The translations under genes were made by a program, and so were the position numbers. 60,731 nt of DNA from positions 1 to 60,731 of the IMG/VR virus record IMGVR_UViG_3300030061_001772. One strand, 5' to 3'. Of this stretch, positions 18,201 through 27,700 are shown in pieces. The DNA comes from a virus. Taxonomy: Duplodnaviria; Caudoviricetes. The stretch's first letter is position 1. Each line of letters starts with the position of its first letter. The notes beneath the pieces are model-generated. The model saw nothing but the letters and a program-made list of their open reading frames with translations. It searched no databases and was not told the DNA's origin.

Positions 18201-19972
18201 TTACCTGTAACAGGATCAATTATAAGAGCTACTTTTCCTATGTTTTCCGGACCTAAAGTTTTTATAATTAGTTCTTTCTCTTTTTTTACGTATGTCTTTA
18301 ATTTTTTTAAAATTACTTCTGCTCCACTATCGTCTTCTTTACCTACAGCTTCATTGTATTGGTTTCTTAATGAGAATACCTCTTCATTTAGTGTTCTCAT
18401 TTCCTTTATAGCTTCTACAGTAACCCCATGGTCTGTACTAAAGGTTTGGTTCATTGAAGCATAAAAAGTATCTTCACTTTTTAAATCTTCTACATTAAAA
18501 ACAAACTCTTTATCATCTTTCTTTAAATTTAAATCACCTTTAAAAACAGTGCTAGCAATTTTCTGATCTGATTCTATTTTAGTGTTCTCTACTGATGCTG
18601 CTGTAACTTGAGCTTTTACTAAAGCACCGTCTTTAGTTTTATCAAAGAAAAAGTTCATAAAATTATTAGCAGCTGCAGCATATTCTTTTAAAGCAGCATT
18701 ATATTCTGATTGTCCAGGTTGAGTGTCTTCTCCATTGTGAAAACCAATATCTCCTTCTTTGCCATTGGTTTTAGCATATAGTTGCATTTGTTCCCAATAA
18801 GAGCCTGATTCTTTCAACGTTTCCCATAATGCAGCGTATTCCTCGTTGGCTTCTTCTGTACCGTATTTCCATGTACCTTCAAAAAAGCCAGGTTCTACCT
18901 TACCTTGAATACTACTTGTTCCTATGTCTGACATAGTTTTTTCGTTCCACCATTTATTTACAACTTCTGGATCATAAGGTGATTGCGTTGGGGTATCCAT
19001 ATACCAGCCTCTAGCAACTTGCGCTATGTAATCAAGACCAGGTGAATCTGTTAGTTTTTGTTTTAAAGTTCTATCTTTTTGATCAAACGTATATTGTTGA
19101 TCAGTTCTGTTTCCTATTATAGTTGCTTGGTAGTTCTTATTGAATGGGCTTACCGCTGATACTTTTGCCATATCAGGCACAAGAAAATCAGAGCTATTGC
19201 TTTTTACTATAGCATCAAATTCTTGTTGTGTTATATTACCTGATTCACGAAGCTTATGTAGCTTATCCCAAAACGCTTGGACTTGAGGATCTCTTCCATC
19301 TTCTTTAACAACATGGATACCCATATTCTCCATTCTAACATCATTAGGTGTTAACAAATTTGTATGAGTTAAGCTTTTTATGTCTGCTGGATTAGTCTTT
19401 TTTGCTCTTATATATTCTTGATCTAATGAACCGCCAGTGTTTTTTACTCTAGGTCTAAGCACCATATCACCTTCCCGATGAGATCCAGCTGGATCTTCAG
19501 GTTTAACATTTGTTTGTAAGTTTATTCCATCAATGTTTTTGGTTAAATAAGCTTGGTTAATCTCTCCCTGTGTTTTACCTTCTAATAATGGCGAATATTT
19601 ATTAACGAATTTATCTTTTTCATCTTTAGCTTTTTTAAGTTTGAACTCAAGAGGACTATAAAACCTAGAGTCTACGTTAGCTGCTTTAGATAATATAGGA
19701 TCATCTTTCCAGTTGTCTTTTCTGTTAGTAGGGAGTTGACTTTGACCCTGCAAGCCTTCAGTGAATTTTTTATAAAAATCTTCAGCAGTATTAACATCTT
19801 TTACTAATTGACTATTGTTGTTTTTTAAATAGTTATATATATTTACAGTGAACTTAGCATCTGAAGAAAGTTGATTAACCCATCCATCAAAACCTTTATC
19901 TCCTACTCTATTAGTATAATTAGAGTCTAAGCTATTTAATTCACTCCAAACATTATCTCTATAACTTGGCAT
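9206..19972 (-). CDS. Giant multidomain internal virion/ejection protein (HExxH motif, sigma70-like module, HAD domain, C-terminal repeats)
   Basis: 3588-aa ORF after the tail genes. HEIIH at aa ~1438; sigma r2/r4-like segments at aa ~1625-1830; DFDDT HAD motif at aa ~2555. Confidence 0.85.
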   Translation of the reverse strand: MPSYRDNVWSELNSLDSNYTNRVGDKGFDGWVNQLSSDAKFTVNIYNYLKNNNSQLVKDVNTAEDFYKKFTEGLQGQSQLPTNRKDNWKDDPILSKAANVDSRFYSPLEFKLKKAKDEKDKFVNKYSPLLEGKTQGEINQAYLTKNIDGINLQTNVKPEDPAGSHREGDMVLRPRVKNTGGSLDQEYIRAKKTNPADIKSLTHTNLLTPNDVRMENMGIHVVKEDGRDPQVQAFWDKLHKLRESGNITQQEFDAIVKSNSSDFLVPDMAKVSAVSPFNKNYQATIIGNRTDQQYTFDQKDRTLKQKLTDSPGLDYIAQVARGWYMDTPTQSPYDPEVVNKWWNEKTMSDIGTSSIQGKVEPGFFEGTWKYGTEEANEEYAALWETLKESGSYWEQMQLYAKTNGKEGDIGFHNGEDTQPGQSEYNAALKEYAAAANNFMNFFFDKTKDGALVKAQVTAASVENTKIESDQKIASTVFKGDLNLKKDDKEFVFNVEDLKSEDTFYASMNQTFSTDHGVTVEAIKEMRTLNEEVFSLRNQYNEAVGKEDDSGAEVILKKLKTYVKKEKELIIKTLGPENIGKVALIIDPVTGKTIRNPNPNTLQPEALKAYNEVKGIKDQYSTGIFTNNTVRDILSNLQASMMYDIRQLSDMGPKAGTQWNGFWEEVMEQDFGFTSDNDSKLVWDDFKYFDKAVKRFEETGRMDFEELTPIPGGASIAVVQDYNAKLNKYRALSEVYLMNYDPILTLKNKKAKLEGNILTGDKTDQLGRLWDGIVEGTPEAVGMAYTSLSDEELQQEFVNSMIEDFNITQTEEVEEENEDGEMVKVQRNVLQNQLNRKLENVSMYNKIGRITPTFVVMAGEAAAITVLTRGMGAGAAIANIGTKVTRISNILFKATRIASKAPKFSRRMSTVMGGWTKMMAEEALILEGSNQIGGALWNRERMPVGTFAFGAVGMKMTMTMLGRYSKLFNASMLSKSTGRASTPAGRIWGTANSIMINNPKKIGALTYVPKKMLGAGIGTLTIKSGEFVGSLGELFSGEMTYNQFWDHALDADSFLETYGAMMVMGTRTGLKDGRLAFGHIKENVFNLTNNIGTRKFNIVGKQLGLPRLSNWSTKNFANGKSFWTEGQINEALSKRILEIEADPKLNEAQKKAAISEANQLAKFASLKAELDGFRATSDGVENTAFGEKSMNGTIDKILERISKGQNTNLGDQLAWGQIAGFEGSGGRNRLVKELMGAGMSEQSAIKYMEWCENLSKVNDAKGFKDGSKSQRDFFKTQAKGYELNGKEKSLKDAYKRNEITESTLKLELENIKAEQEILLEKEREIEKANEAEEAIDNQIAIDKITEAEIKEYKTTAEMKQSMKDLGQEFSTENETNYGAQIDIVDPKTGKMKPYVFVDKSKANTAKIEWEKEFERSKPMLAEGVNFKIMSDARKNTLFHEIIHPAVEQYVKGPEGRKFVESFIDVLKQTGEYKEVLEVLKNHPDYKRGYLGSEWLTIYGEMVRDGRLDPYIGKNKRAFKNFKSKLNEFMENKTPFKDTFFKDGVDVRDFLLQFGKAKGEDFAKISEVANEAIREYKDFINGEKTEFAAETRKASVDNGPKINKLYKENQKEWLNGGAQKAQNIMVKEGLLDNLIAAQLPYDRYKKGWTKELDREFVQSVYGEMTNHIKGFEKSKQTTSGAKGFFAWVNSYIYHKGLNIKKILEKKDVSLDALKEEAGFDPSDSSFENFGEKTVESTYKPLTSKQVLLKSKLKPETVTDLDKTFKDLDFNKLVEAFNTPAGKNQTISPFIREFKKDFGKKGQKAVAETMGKKKADYKRYIDNAFDGIIETLPVGYLSRNFPYLVEKSAQASSTGRDNRFTSGPKGVKLKSNITEADKAQFLKDAVPDRWQAKRDGLAYQIADSYGSKRFMEILDSKTEIDNKIDLAEAEFETSRNEFDSGIITKKEFDVRRDLYMSDIKKFMAEGNAIEGFDGAFKEGDVKDFKQKVNQQIEISNFRKNSALREAITTVVNEGLMPEGVNVLDISNSIYDRIIEKLSPRLSKEVRLGINKESKKAIAKMYKDFAKENTFEGGFGISNEVAGKMANEMIKTLDRVGKGFKYDKSNIILDGVESKKLKSEIDKEIADFEVGEALTEVQAISKEAAKLQAQLGISIKSAKELALLRAEEGQLRTIDYFERKIDNLEGDALKAEVERYLKYNTGHLITAGGEAGYRGQFFGAMPTLLERLKPILKEKNVDLTYKLEENGNLKRNSIELDGEKVNMSKSQQTGKSMSYIFDYIKEMEADAKWAENNPEKFEKLKLDVETRKIEADQSRDALIDEIVDDFIQFKEGKMDREMLFLKLNSYNTNMRTHLREAANLADVMIPFEGDVLTELTVEHKKAADPMLRRIVAEMQNKNNWNGLEFKEKSFEKVKEIFDEYETALVNESFDNVLAEQFKVESPREGLIFKEDARYARMFNRRTLGDGRSRAVLNLAKYIETKDFEASKEGKAHEIAAKMERGEEVTNYDRKVVEKISYLNKSSTKGKSKGELIDITKTADKALEEARRINPPVKKARVFDFDDTVARTKSKVFATKGGEKKTLTAEEFAKDGKDLVDAGWKMDFSDFNKVVDGKKGPLFDLMKKMKEAEGDRDMFILTARAAESAPAIHEFLKQMGIDIPLENIKGLGNSTGEAKAEWIVGKAAEGYNDFYFADDAMANVEAVKKALEPIDVKSQVQQARINKSSVELDKKFNQIIENKTGIGAEKEFSKAKAKVRGAEVSSYKLMGPSAQDFSGLMDYTLGKGKEGDAQREFYNETLYKPYNRAQRALSQDRVNLMQDFKKLKQELDVPKDLRENTKSGFTKEQAVRVNLYSKMGYEVPGLSKTDLAELNKIVENDPKLSTFANQILSITKGDGYAKPKEHWLSGTITTDFIDLLNTSKRGKYLTEWQANVDVMFSEKNMNKLEAAYGPKYREALSNSLARMKAGKNRIQSGNRLSDRALDYINNAQGTIMFLNMRSAILQTLSSANYTNTSFNNPLKMGKAFANQKQYWKDFVDIMNSDYLVDRRNGLKLNISESEIADAAATSGNKAKAAVNYILEKGYLPTKFADSFAIASGGSMWYRNRINDIMKKEGLSEAEAKTKAFGEFMELSEKSQQSSDPSKISQQQSGDMGRILLQFVNTPMQYNRLQLTEIKDIINKRGGNPLPKIGKILYYGAMQNLWFNFMQQAAFAIGFDDDLGDAEIEDKFLNTGNGMLDSVLRGTGFAGMTISVLKNTAIDAYKRIGRKQPDFQDAAWQLLGFSPAIKNKVSKLKNAAWQFDTKQRRQEMIDKGFSLDNPAFTAFAKVVSATTNVPLDRFLQKIENVQYAMSDESETWQKVATLLGWPEWQLKNEAQKTEDWQQEKEDYKYRQAQEDPTKYSKAEQVDILMQHGYSEEDIKKMKDSGTRAATIKAAEEKSGKIYTSKIKKPAKTDKKKVYSPYVKEEERTDISEADKKTNANVKKYFNYNKAEQVEKLDSLGFSKKVIREQYNTEQKRVDKLLRLIENDSIPARLKKSEAIPSSKRTEQQTRLYKLNKQSQVDTLKLLGLSDSLISTLKYEADRVKKIEELYKNKK

Positions 19973-19975
19973 ATT

Positions 19976-21472
19976 TTATTGTTTAAATGTTATCTGCGAT
20001 GATGGTGATTCAATTACTTGATCACCTGCTTCATTACTTGAATCTTGTTCAAGGGTCGGACCTAGTAAACCGTCATCAGTGTTTCGGTTTCTATAGCTTA
20101 CTCCTTCTCTATCTACAATGTTTTGTACCATAATTCTAGATATCTCACTTTTCATCATAGCTGGAGTCATGTTGCCAAAATCTACATATTGATCACCTAC
20201 CATGTTATTATCATAGTACATATCTGCATCCCCACCTAAAAGCCCTTCTAACTGTCCTTCAAGATTATCTTCATTAATATATGCATTAATCATTGACGCA
20301 CCCTCTCGATTCATGTAATAATCTACTATCTGCCTTTTATCAGCCATTAACTTACGACCTAAATCATCTTTGCCATCACTTTTATCTGCCATAGCAACGT
20401 TAGCTTCAGTAAAACCTTCTCCAGATCTTTGATACATTTTAAATGCTCCATCTTTTTTAAGCTGATCATGTTGCTTGTATAAATTAGTTTCATTGCCTAC
20501 CTCTGTGTGTTTAAAGAAAGTTCCTGTATTATTTTGATCATATATTTTAGCAATATCACCTAAAATAACAATACCAATATCTTTATCAAATGCATAACCT
20601 TTATCCTCATCAGTATCATCACCTATTCTTGTCACTTCGTCTTCATACTTTTCAGCTTGTTTATTGTCGTAGCTTGTAACTCTATCTATCTTACTCTCGA
20701 CTGTTGCTATTTTATCGTTAATGGCTTGAGATTTTGCATTATAGTCAGCAGCGTTAGTGTCAAGTGCCGTAAGATCTTTTGCCAATTTTTCCTTTTGTTT
20801 AACAAGTTTGTCTTTAGTACCTTTCTCAGCATATTCTTTTTTCTGCTTGCTAATATCACTTTCACTTTCCAACGGAACAAACACCCATTCTTTAGTTGTT
20901 GGATCTTGTTGAAGTATTATATCATCTTCTCTACTATCCATTTTTTGAAAAAGCAATTGAAGCTGTGGATTAGAACCAGCAGGAATATGGCCATCTTCAC
21001 CAGGTGGTATACTTTGAGCAGACTTCCATTCCTCATAAGCTGCCATTAAGTTTGTAAAATTAGTTTTTAAGTTACTAGCTATAGCAACAGATTCAGATGT
21101 TAAAGCTTGTATTTCAGGCATACTTAAATTAGGCTTTGATATAGCTTTTTTTAGTCTTTTTGCCTCTTCTTCTAAAGCATTATCTATTTGATTCTTCATG
21201 TTAAGGCTTTCTTTGTTGCCTTTAAGTTTTTGATCAAAAGCTTGCAATGCTGTTTTAGCTTCAGACATAGCTTTACCATAAGGAGTCATTGCTCTTTCGG
21301 TAAATTCTCTATTATCTTTAACCCTTTTTTTTCTAGCTCTAATAGATTCAATAAGTTTTTCCTGATTCATAGCCATGTTTTGTCTATATCTTGCCATGGT
21401 CTGCATCATAACAGTAACATTGTCTGTGCTAAAAAGTTGTTGGGGATTTTCGTATGCTCCGCCTTGTGCCAT
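19976..21472 (-). CDS. Putative internal virion protein
   Basis: 498-aa helical protein between the ejection-like gene and the giant protein. Confidence 0.7.
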   Translation of the reverse strand: MAQGGAYENPQQLFSTDNVTVMMQTMARYRQNMAMNQEKLIESIRARKKRVKDNREFTERAMTPYGKAMSEAKTALQAFDQKLKGNKESLNMKNQIDNALEEEAKRLKKAISKPNLSMPEIQALTSESVAIASNLKTNFTNLMAAYEEWKSAQSIPPGEDGHIPAGSNPQLQLLFQKMDSREDDIILQQDPTTKEWVFVPLESESDISKQKKEYAEKGTKDKLVKQKEKLAKDLTALDTNAADYNAKSQAINDKIATVESKIDRVTSYDNKQAEKYEDEVTRIGDDTDEDKGYAFDKDIGIVILGDIAKIYDQNNTGTFFKHTEVGNETNLYKQHDQLKKDGAFKMYQRSGEGFTEANVAMADKSDGKDDLGRKLMADKRQIVDYYMNREGASMINAYINEDNLEGQLEGLLGGDADMYYDNNMVGDQYVDFGNMTPAMMKSEISRIMVQNIVDREGVSYRNRNTDDGLLGPTLEQDSSNEAGDQVIESPSSQITFKQ

Positions 21473-21571
21473 ATTATTTATTTTTATTTTAAACTAAGTA
21501 ACCTATATCATCGTTACCCATAATATTCATAGTTATATCTTCTGAACCGGTTGTTTTGGAGACGTCGCTCC

Positions 21572-22282
21572 CTACTGCTTTGGTAAAAGCCCTTTCTCAC
21601 CGTCGCTTAATTCCAATCCCGCTGTAAGCATACTCGTACCAGCATCAGTTACAGCTCCCATAGCTTCCATGCTTGAAGCCATAGCTGCTTGATCTAAAGC
21701 CATTGATTGAGCACCGGCTCTATCAGACAAACCAGCTAACCTATTCATTTTTGAAACATCTCTTTCTTCTTGTCTTCCATAAGCAGCTGTTTCTTCAGCT
21801 AACGCAGCTTGTTCTATCGCCATCTTTTGTGATACAGCGTTTGCCTCTCCTTCTATTCTAAGTTTTTGATTAGTAACTTCTTGGGTTTCTATACTTGCAG
21901 CAACCTCTGCTTTACTTGCTGCAGCCATTTGGGCTAAAGCCGTTGCGCCACCGCCGCCTGACGCTCTTATAGCATCTAAAGTATTAGCTAATGCTTTATC
22001 AGTTTCTTCTATTTTAATGTCAGCAGCTTTTGTAGCTACACCCATTTGAGCATATGGATTAAAGACTTGATCTTTCATAGCTCTAATCTTTTCAGAATTA
22101 TCTATAACAGGTTGCCTAGCGGCTTCAAATGCGGCTAGTTGTTTGTCTAGTCTTCTCTGTTTATTTGCTTCTGCCCTAGCCATCTTACTCTGTTTTGATG
22201 CATTACTTATCCCCATTCCTGCTGAGGCTAATGCTCCTACTCCTGCTACTATTGCGCCTATTGCTACTATTGGTCCTGCCAT
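21572..22282 (-). CDS. Putative DNA ejection / internal virion protein
   Basis: Gly/Ala-rich hydrophobic N-terminus and Ala/Gln-rich helices; position typical of podovirus ejection proteins. Confidence 0.7.
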   Translation of the reverse strand: MAGPIVAIGAIVAGVGALASAGMGISNASKQSKMARAEANKQRRLDKQLAAFEAARQPVIDNSEKIRAMKDQVFNPYAQMGVATKAADIKIEETDKALANTLDAIRASGGGGATALAQMAAASKAEVAASIETQEVTNQKLRIEGEANAVSQKMAIEQAALAEETAAYGRQEERDVSKMNRLAGLSDRAGAQSMALDQAAMASSMEAMGAVTDAGTSMLTAGLELSDGEKGLLPKQ

Positions 22283-22283
22283 A

Positions 22284-22769
22284 TTACTTATTTTTTAAAT
22301 ATTCATTATATTCGTCTCTATTAAGACAGTAAATTCTTTTTTCAATTTCGTCTATATCTTCTTTATTATCTGGGTTAGGATAAATGTTCATAAATATAGA
22401 ATCTTCTTGAGCATGTATTAATCTTTGTACTCCTGGACTAGCCTTTATATAACAAGGCGCTTGAAATTCTTTAGCGCCTTCTTCATTTGTTGCAACTAAA
22501 ATTTTACCTAACATCAGAAACCACACGTGTAATTCTTTATGTATTGCACCTGCAATAAAAGATCCTTTTTCAAAATCCATTCTTCTAATATAAACTCCAT
22601 CAACAAACTCATGACTTATTTTCATAAAATCTGTTTCTTGTATAATGTGTTTGCCATCTCCTACTATGTTCACTCCATCAGCTAATTCAAATATATTGTT
22701 TAACAATGTTTGAATTTTTTCTTCTCTTAGTGAAATTAATTCTTTTTTCTTAATTTCCTCTAGTTCCAT
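22284..22769 (-). CDS. Cupin-like protein
   Basis: HEFVDGVYIR...GAIHKELHVWFLMLG...ASPGVQR. Confidence 0.65.
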   Translation of the reverse strand: MELEEIKKKELISLREEKIQTLLNNIFELADGVNIVGDGKHIIQETDFMKISHEFVDGVYIRRMDFEKGSFIAGAIHKELHVWFLMLGKILVATNEEGAKEFQAPCYIKASPGVQRLIHAQEDSIFMNIYPNPDNKEDIDEIEKRIYCLNRDEYNEYLKNK

Positions 22770-22779
22770 TTAATTTAAT

Positions 22780-24735
22780 TTAAGTTGATGATACTACAAA
22801 ATTAGAAGCTACTGTAAATAATTCTTTTCTTCCTCCAGGTTGAGTTGTTGTATCTAGTTTTAGTTTAACATTTGCTACGTATCCTTTTATACCTGTTAAC
22901 ATACCGTCACTAGCAGACTGTTGTGCAGTAGTTAAGTTAGGATAAACCGCTAAAGGATATATCACCTCTGATGGTCTAGGATTTACATTATCACTAATTA
23001 AATCTGCAACATATCTGTTTTCTTTTATAGTGAAACCTGCATTAGCTGGATATCCAAATGAATCTATATATATACCTTCGTCTACACTGTTAACTTTTAA
23101 TGCGCTATCCCTATAATTTTGACCATAAATAAAGCTACTTGATGGACTAAGTACATCTGGGTTTGTTCTGTCAAATTCTTGATAATCAGAATAAGCTGAC
23201 TCCATTTCCCAGCCGTTACTACCTTCATAAGATATTGTTTTAAAGTTTTTACTTACATTTGGATTAGGGTTAAATATAAACTCTATGCTAGAAGTAGCTG
23301 GAGTTGTTGCTCCATAGAATTTGCCATAATTATTTGCTACAGTAGGATCACCTACGTAATGTTGGTATATATTAGATTTTTTAAAGGTGTAAAAATAGTT
23401 TTTAATACTATCTAAGAATAATGGCTTGTAAGCGTAGAAGCTAACCCAACCTTTTACTGTCTCGTCAAAATTTAAAGTATTATATACTCCTTCTGTTGTA
23501 GAGCATGTAGACGCATCATAAATTGTAGTTGGTAAATACTGTAGAGATAAAGTGTAGTTTTTATTATATATATCCCAACCACCAGGTATTCTATCTTTAG
23601 AGTATTTTGTTATTAAAATAGGAACTTCAGGACTAAGTGTATTACCAACGAAAGAACTGCTTAAAGTTATAGTAGCAACATTAGTTCCTGAATCAAACTC
23701 AATATTAGTTATGAATTTTAAATGTCTTTGATACGAGCCTGCTGCTTCTCCAAATTCAATTTGAGATCCAATTGGTATCGAATTATAGCAAGTAAAGTCA
23801 GGTATTGTTAACTTGTAGTAACTGCTGCTAGATGCGCTATTAGCCCATGTCGTACTAGTAGTGTTTATAGAAGATTTTAAGTTATTAGATATGTTAGCTA
23901 GGTTATCTCTAAAATAATCTGTCATACCATAGTCAGATATTTCAGTTATACCGTCTATTGATAATCTACAAACTACACCTCTATCTCTATCTGTAAAGTA
24001 TTTTCTATAACCATAAATAGCAAATGATTCTGGGTTTTTACTTATACCGTATTCTCCAGCGTAAGCAGAAGCTTGCCCAAAAAAGTTTATTACTCCTGTC
24101 TCAGCGGAACCTTGAGTTCCTGAGTAAAGTACATTTTTGTTTATCAATAATTTATTTACTTTTCTTTCTTGCAGTACAGTTAAGTTAGTGTCCTCTGTGT
24201 AAAGTTTTTGAATACTACCATTTATAGCATCCATATCTTTTTCAATATTTTCTGCTACAGAAAAAACATTGGTTTCATTATAACCTGTTCTTGTATTCAA
24301 AACACCTGAGTGTATTAAACTCTGCGATCTAACTATGCCTTCAGGGTTTTCTAATATAGTATATGCTCTAACACCTAAAGCACATCTATTGTTATTAAAA
24401 CCACCTTTATGGCTAGATTCTTCTAAGTACCAATGTGCTGGAAAAACATAGCTAGTGCTATTATAAGATCTAGTAGCTATAGCCTCTTTAACATTAGGTG
24501 TAGAATAGTCATATGAAGGTGCGTTATACCAAGGAAATGGAGGATATATCACTGTGTAACCAGCGCCGTTTATTCCTTTAGGATTCCACGGTAGTCCAGG
24601 CCAATATCCAGAAACATTAGCAGGATCAAAACTTCCTGTAGATGTATCAGTATCTATAGTTGGCGCCGCGGCTTGTGGTACTACTTTTTTTATCCAAAAT
24701 GAATTAAAAAACTTTACTTCTATTGTTGCTGCCAT
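22780..24735 (-). CDS. Tail stabilisation/nozzle protein, C-terminal part
   Basis: YGISKNPESFA.YGYRKYFTD, GWVSF and KNFKTISYEG motifs. Confidence 0.7.
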   Translation of the reverse strand: MAATIEVKFFNSFWIKKVVPQAAAPTIDTDTSTGSFDPANVSGYWPGLPWNPKGINGAGYTVIYPPFPWYNAPSYDYSTPNVKEAIATRSYNSTSYVFPAHWYLEESSHKGGFNNNRCALGVRAYTILENPEGIVRSQSLIHSGVLNTRTGYNETNVFSVAENIEKDMDAINGSIQKLYTEDTNLTVLQERKVNKLLINKNVLYSGTQGSAETGVINFFGQASAYAGEYGISKNPESFAIYGYRKYFTDRDRGVVCRLSIDGITEISDYGMTDYFRDNLANISNNLKSSINTTSTTWANSASSSSYYKLTIPDFTCYNSIPIGSQIEFGEAAGSYQRHLKFITNIEFDSGTNVATITLSSSFVGNTLSPEVPILITKYSKDRIPGGWDIYNKNYTLSLQYLPTTIYDASTCSTTEGVYNTLNFDETVKGWVSFYAYKPLFLDSIKNYFYTFKKSNIYQHYVGDPTVANNYGKFYGATTPATSSIEFIFNPNPNVSKNFKTISYEGSNGWEMESAYSDYQEFDRTNPDVLSPSSSFIYGQNYRDSALKVNSVDEGIYIDSFGYPANAGFTIKENRYVADLISDNVNPRPSEVIYPLAVYPNLTTAQQSASDGMLTGIKGYVANVKLKLDTTTQPGGRKELFTVASNFVVSST

Positions 24736-24737
24736 GT

Positions 24738-27700
24738 TTAAGTTATATTTATTCTTAATAGATCATTATAAACGGTTGGTCCATAAGCATTCATTAATGT
24801 TTTAGAAGTACCGTCGGTATCTGTTATTTCAATAGGTTCTGGAGTTGATGTTTTACTAGTGCTTTTAGCTATATAGTACATTCCAGCTCCATGAGTTGAT
24901 ATGAAACTAGTTCCACATCTTAACTCCATAGATCCTGTTCCATTAGGAGATATAGTATATGTTCCTCCAGATCCTGAAACTTGAGGTATCACATTGAAAG
25001 TTCCCGCCGTTGAACCTGCTTTCCATAAAGCTAAATTAGACACTGTGTATTGTTCTTGATCTTTATTTGCGCTATAACTCTGTTGCCAATCAGTAGTACC
25101 GTTCCACGAATAAGCACCGTTGAAAGCTTTAAAAGTAAAAACCAGTCTTGGGTATGTTCCTACAGGAAAGCCATTAACATTTACACTGCCTAAATAATTT
25201 TCATCAGCAAGCGTTGGTGCTCCTCCAACAATACCACTAGTTGCGCTTGTACCACCTACACCTACTTGCCTATAAGTAAGAAGAGAGGCAGCTGAAACTT
25301 CAAAGTTAGGATATGCATTAGTAATAGCATAAGGTTCCCCAGCTGAAGAATTTAAATTAGTAAAATCATTTGTAATAAATGTTCCATCAATTGGAAAATT
25401 AACACTAGGTGATACTACTCTAAATTGAAAGCTATAAGTATTAAGATTTACAGAAGTATAAGATTTATACCAAGCAGGTATGTTTAAATAAACTTGAGCT
25501 CTACCACTTGTTGAATTTATTTCTATATCCCAAAGCCTATCGTTTACAGGCGTGTTGTTTATAATTGTTGTAGTAACACCATCATAATAACTTAGTAGTT
25601 GTATACTAGCATTTGTAGTGGGTCCAAAATTTATTTCAGCTCCTCCTTGAGTTAAACACCTTATATCTTCTAATAAATAAGCATAAGGGCCTTTTACAAT
25701 ACCTACAACGATGCCATCAATCTTAGGTATAGATACTTCACTTAAAGGAGCATATGTACCAACAAGGCTCGTTGGAGTTACAGTATCATTTTCAAGCACG
25801 TTGGTATTAAGTTCTGATATCAATCCAGATGTGCTAGTTTCCCAATATATATCAAGTTTTGATTCTATAGGTTGAGTTTCAAAAACAGCTAATTGAGGAA
25901 CCATAGCTCCAGGATTAGGGTTTAATTTAACGCATATATAATATTTACATTTACCATCTCCTGCTTTTACTGAAACCTGTAAGTTGTATTGAAAGTTAGT
26001 AGCAAGAGGTGTTGGTGTGCCACCTTCAACACCACTTGTTTCCTGCAAGTGCCATGGAAAACCATAAACATTAAAACCTTTCACACCATTCTCGCCATTA
26101 GGATTTGATATTTTCATAAAACCTGAACTAATCGCTGTTCCAGGGTTTTTAGGATCAACTGCTAAGCCAGAATTTCCTTCTTCAGTTGTAAAGCCTGTAG
26201 CGTTGACAAGCATTATATCAGCTAATAAACCAGTTCCTTTACTTCCTAAGTCACCATAAGTGTTAGTGGGTAATGGGCTTGCTAATCCTCCTCCTGGAGT
26301 TTGTGTATAAGGTCCAGCGTAAAGAAAATAAGGTGTTGCGCTTGTTGAACTTATTTTAAGAACCTCTAATCCTACATTTTTAGAACCAGGAAGCATTTCA
26401 TCACCTAGAGAGTTAGCGGCTTGAGCTGACTCATAAGTCACTTTACCGGCAAAGGGGCTAGGTCCAGCACATCCAAAATAATCTAATTCAGCTTGTCTTA
26501 CAGAAGCCTGTGAATCTAAAGGAACCTGTCCTCTAGCTATTAAAGGATTAGTTTCATATTGAAAGAAACTATAAGCCTCGTTAAAAGGTTGAGTTGCTGC
26601 AGGATCCCATAAACCTAATTCTACTCCAGTTCCTATTGTTGTTATCTCTACTGTTCTAGTTCCAAAATAACCTTGTATATTGTTTTTTCCTAAATCATTT
26701 GCGAAAGGCGGAGCACCACGTTGTGAAACCGGTTGACCTGGAGTTGGGTTTGAAGTACCAAATAGAAAATAATTATATAATCTAGGATATAACTCTACAC
26801 TGGAATTAGTTATTATGCTTCCAGAGTCTAGATCTCTTGCTCTATCTCTTGCTTTTAATCTTATTTGATCATCTACGTCGTAAGGATTTACTGAAAAAGT
26901 TTGACCTTGATCATTTACAAAATCATAATAACTAGGATCATCAGCATACGAAGGTCTACCTGTTCTAAAACTTGTTTGAGTTGGTCCTAGTTGAGAAAGA
27001 TCTCTAGGTACTTTGTTTATATTGTCACCATATAAAGCTAAATGTATTATAGGCTCAGAGACTGTTGCACCTACAGGTTGACCAGATTCTAATTGTCCAA
27101 TATTAGCTGCCTCACCATCTATATATCCACTTAATACTCCAGGCGTGTATACATTATAATACTCATTTTGAGTTTGCTTAACAACTACTTTATAGCTATA
27201 CCAACCCGTAGGATTAGGCTCTTCTAATTTAACTACTTCTAAAACAGCATTATTATCACCTCCTGATAATGTAATAGAGGTTCCTATAATAAAATTTATT
27301 CCTGGATCTGTAACTGTTACCCCAGTTATTACGCCAGCTGTTGTTGTTATAGATATACCAAGTCCACTACCACCTTTTACACTACTTAAATCAGTATAAG
27401 ATGAATCACTATACCCTGTTCCTCCATTTGTTATTATAATTGCTGCAACCTTACCAAAATCATTATATAACCCAGGAGTACCTAAACTAGAATTTTTAAC
27501 AGAATCTATAATGTTTGAAAAAGTTAGTTTTAAACTATCACCAGCCCAGGTATCGTTAGGTACAGAACTACTACCATTGGTGGTTAGCAAATGGTCTCCT
27601 TGAACATTTGGATAAAAATAAGAGAAATTTTGATCTAACCTATTTCCAGTAGTATCTAATGGATTATAGTTTAACCCAGACCTATATGGATGGTACAAAG

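Noticed and set aside
9206-19972. Giant protein as a crAss-like virion RNA polymerase
   Set aside because: I found no DxDxD catalytic motif in a polymerase context; DFDDT is followed by the other HAD motifs. A highly diverged polymerase cannot be fully excluded without a structure search.
21533-21574. TAG readthrough or stop-codon reassignment
   Set aside because: Readthrough adds only about 13 residues, and core genes are intact under the standard code.
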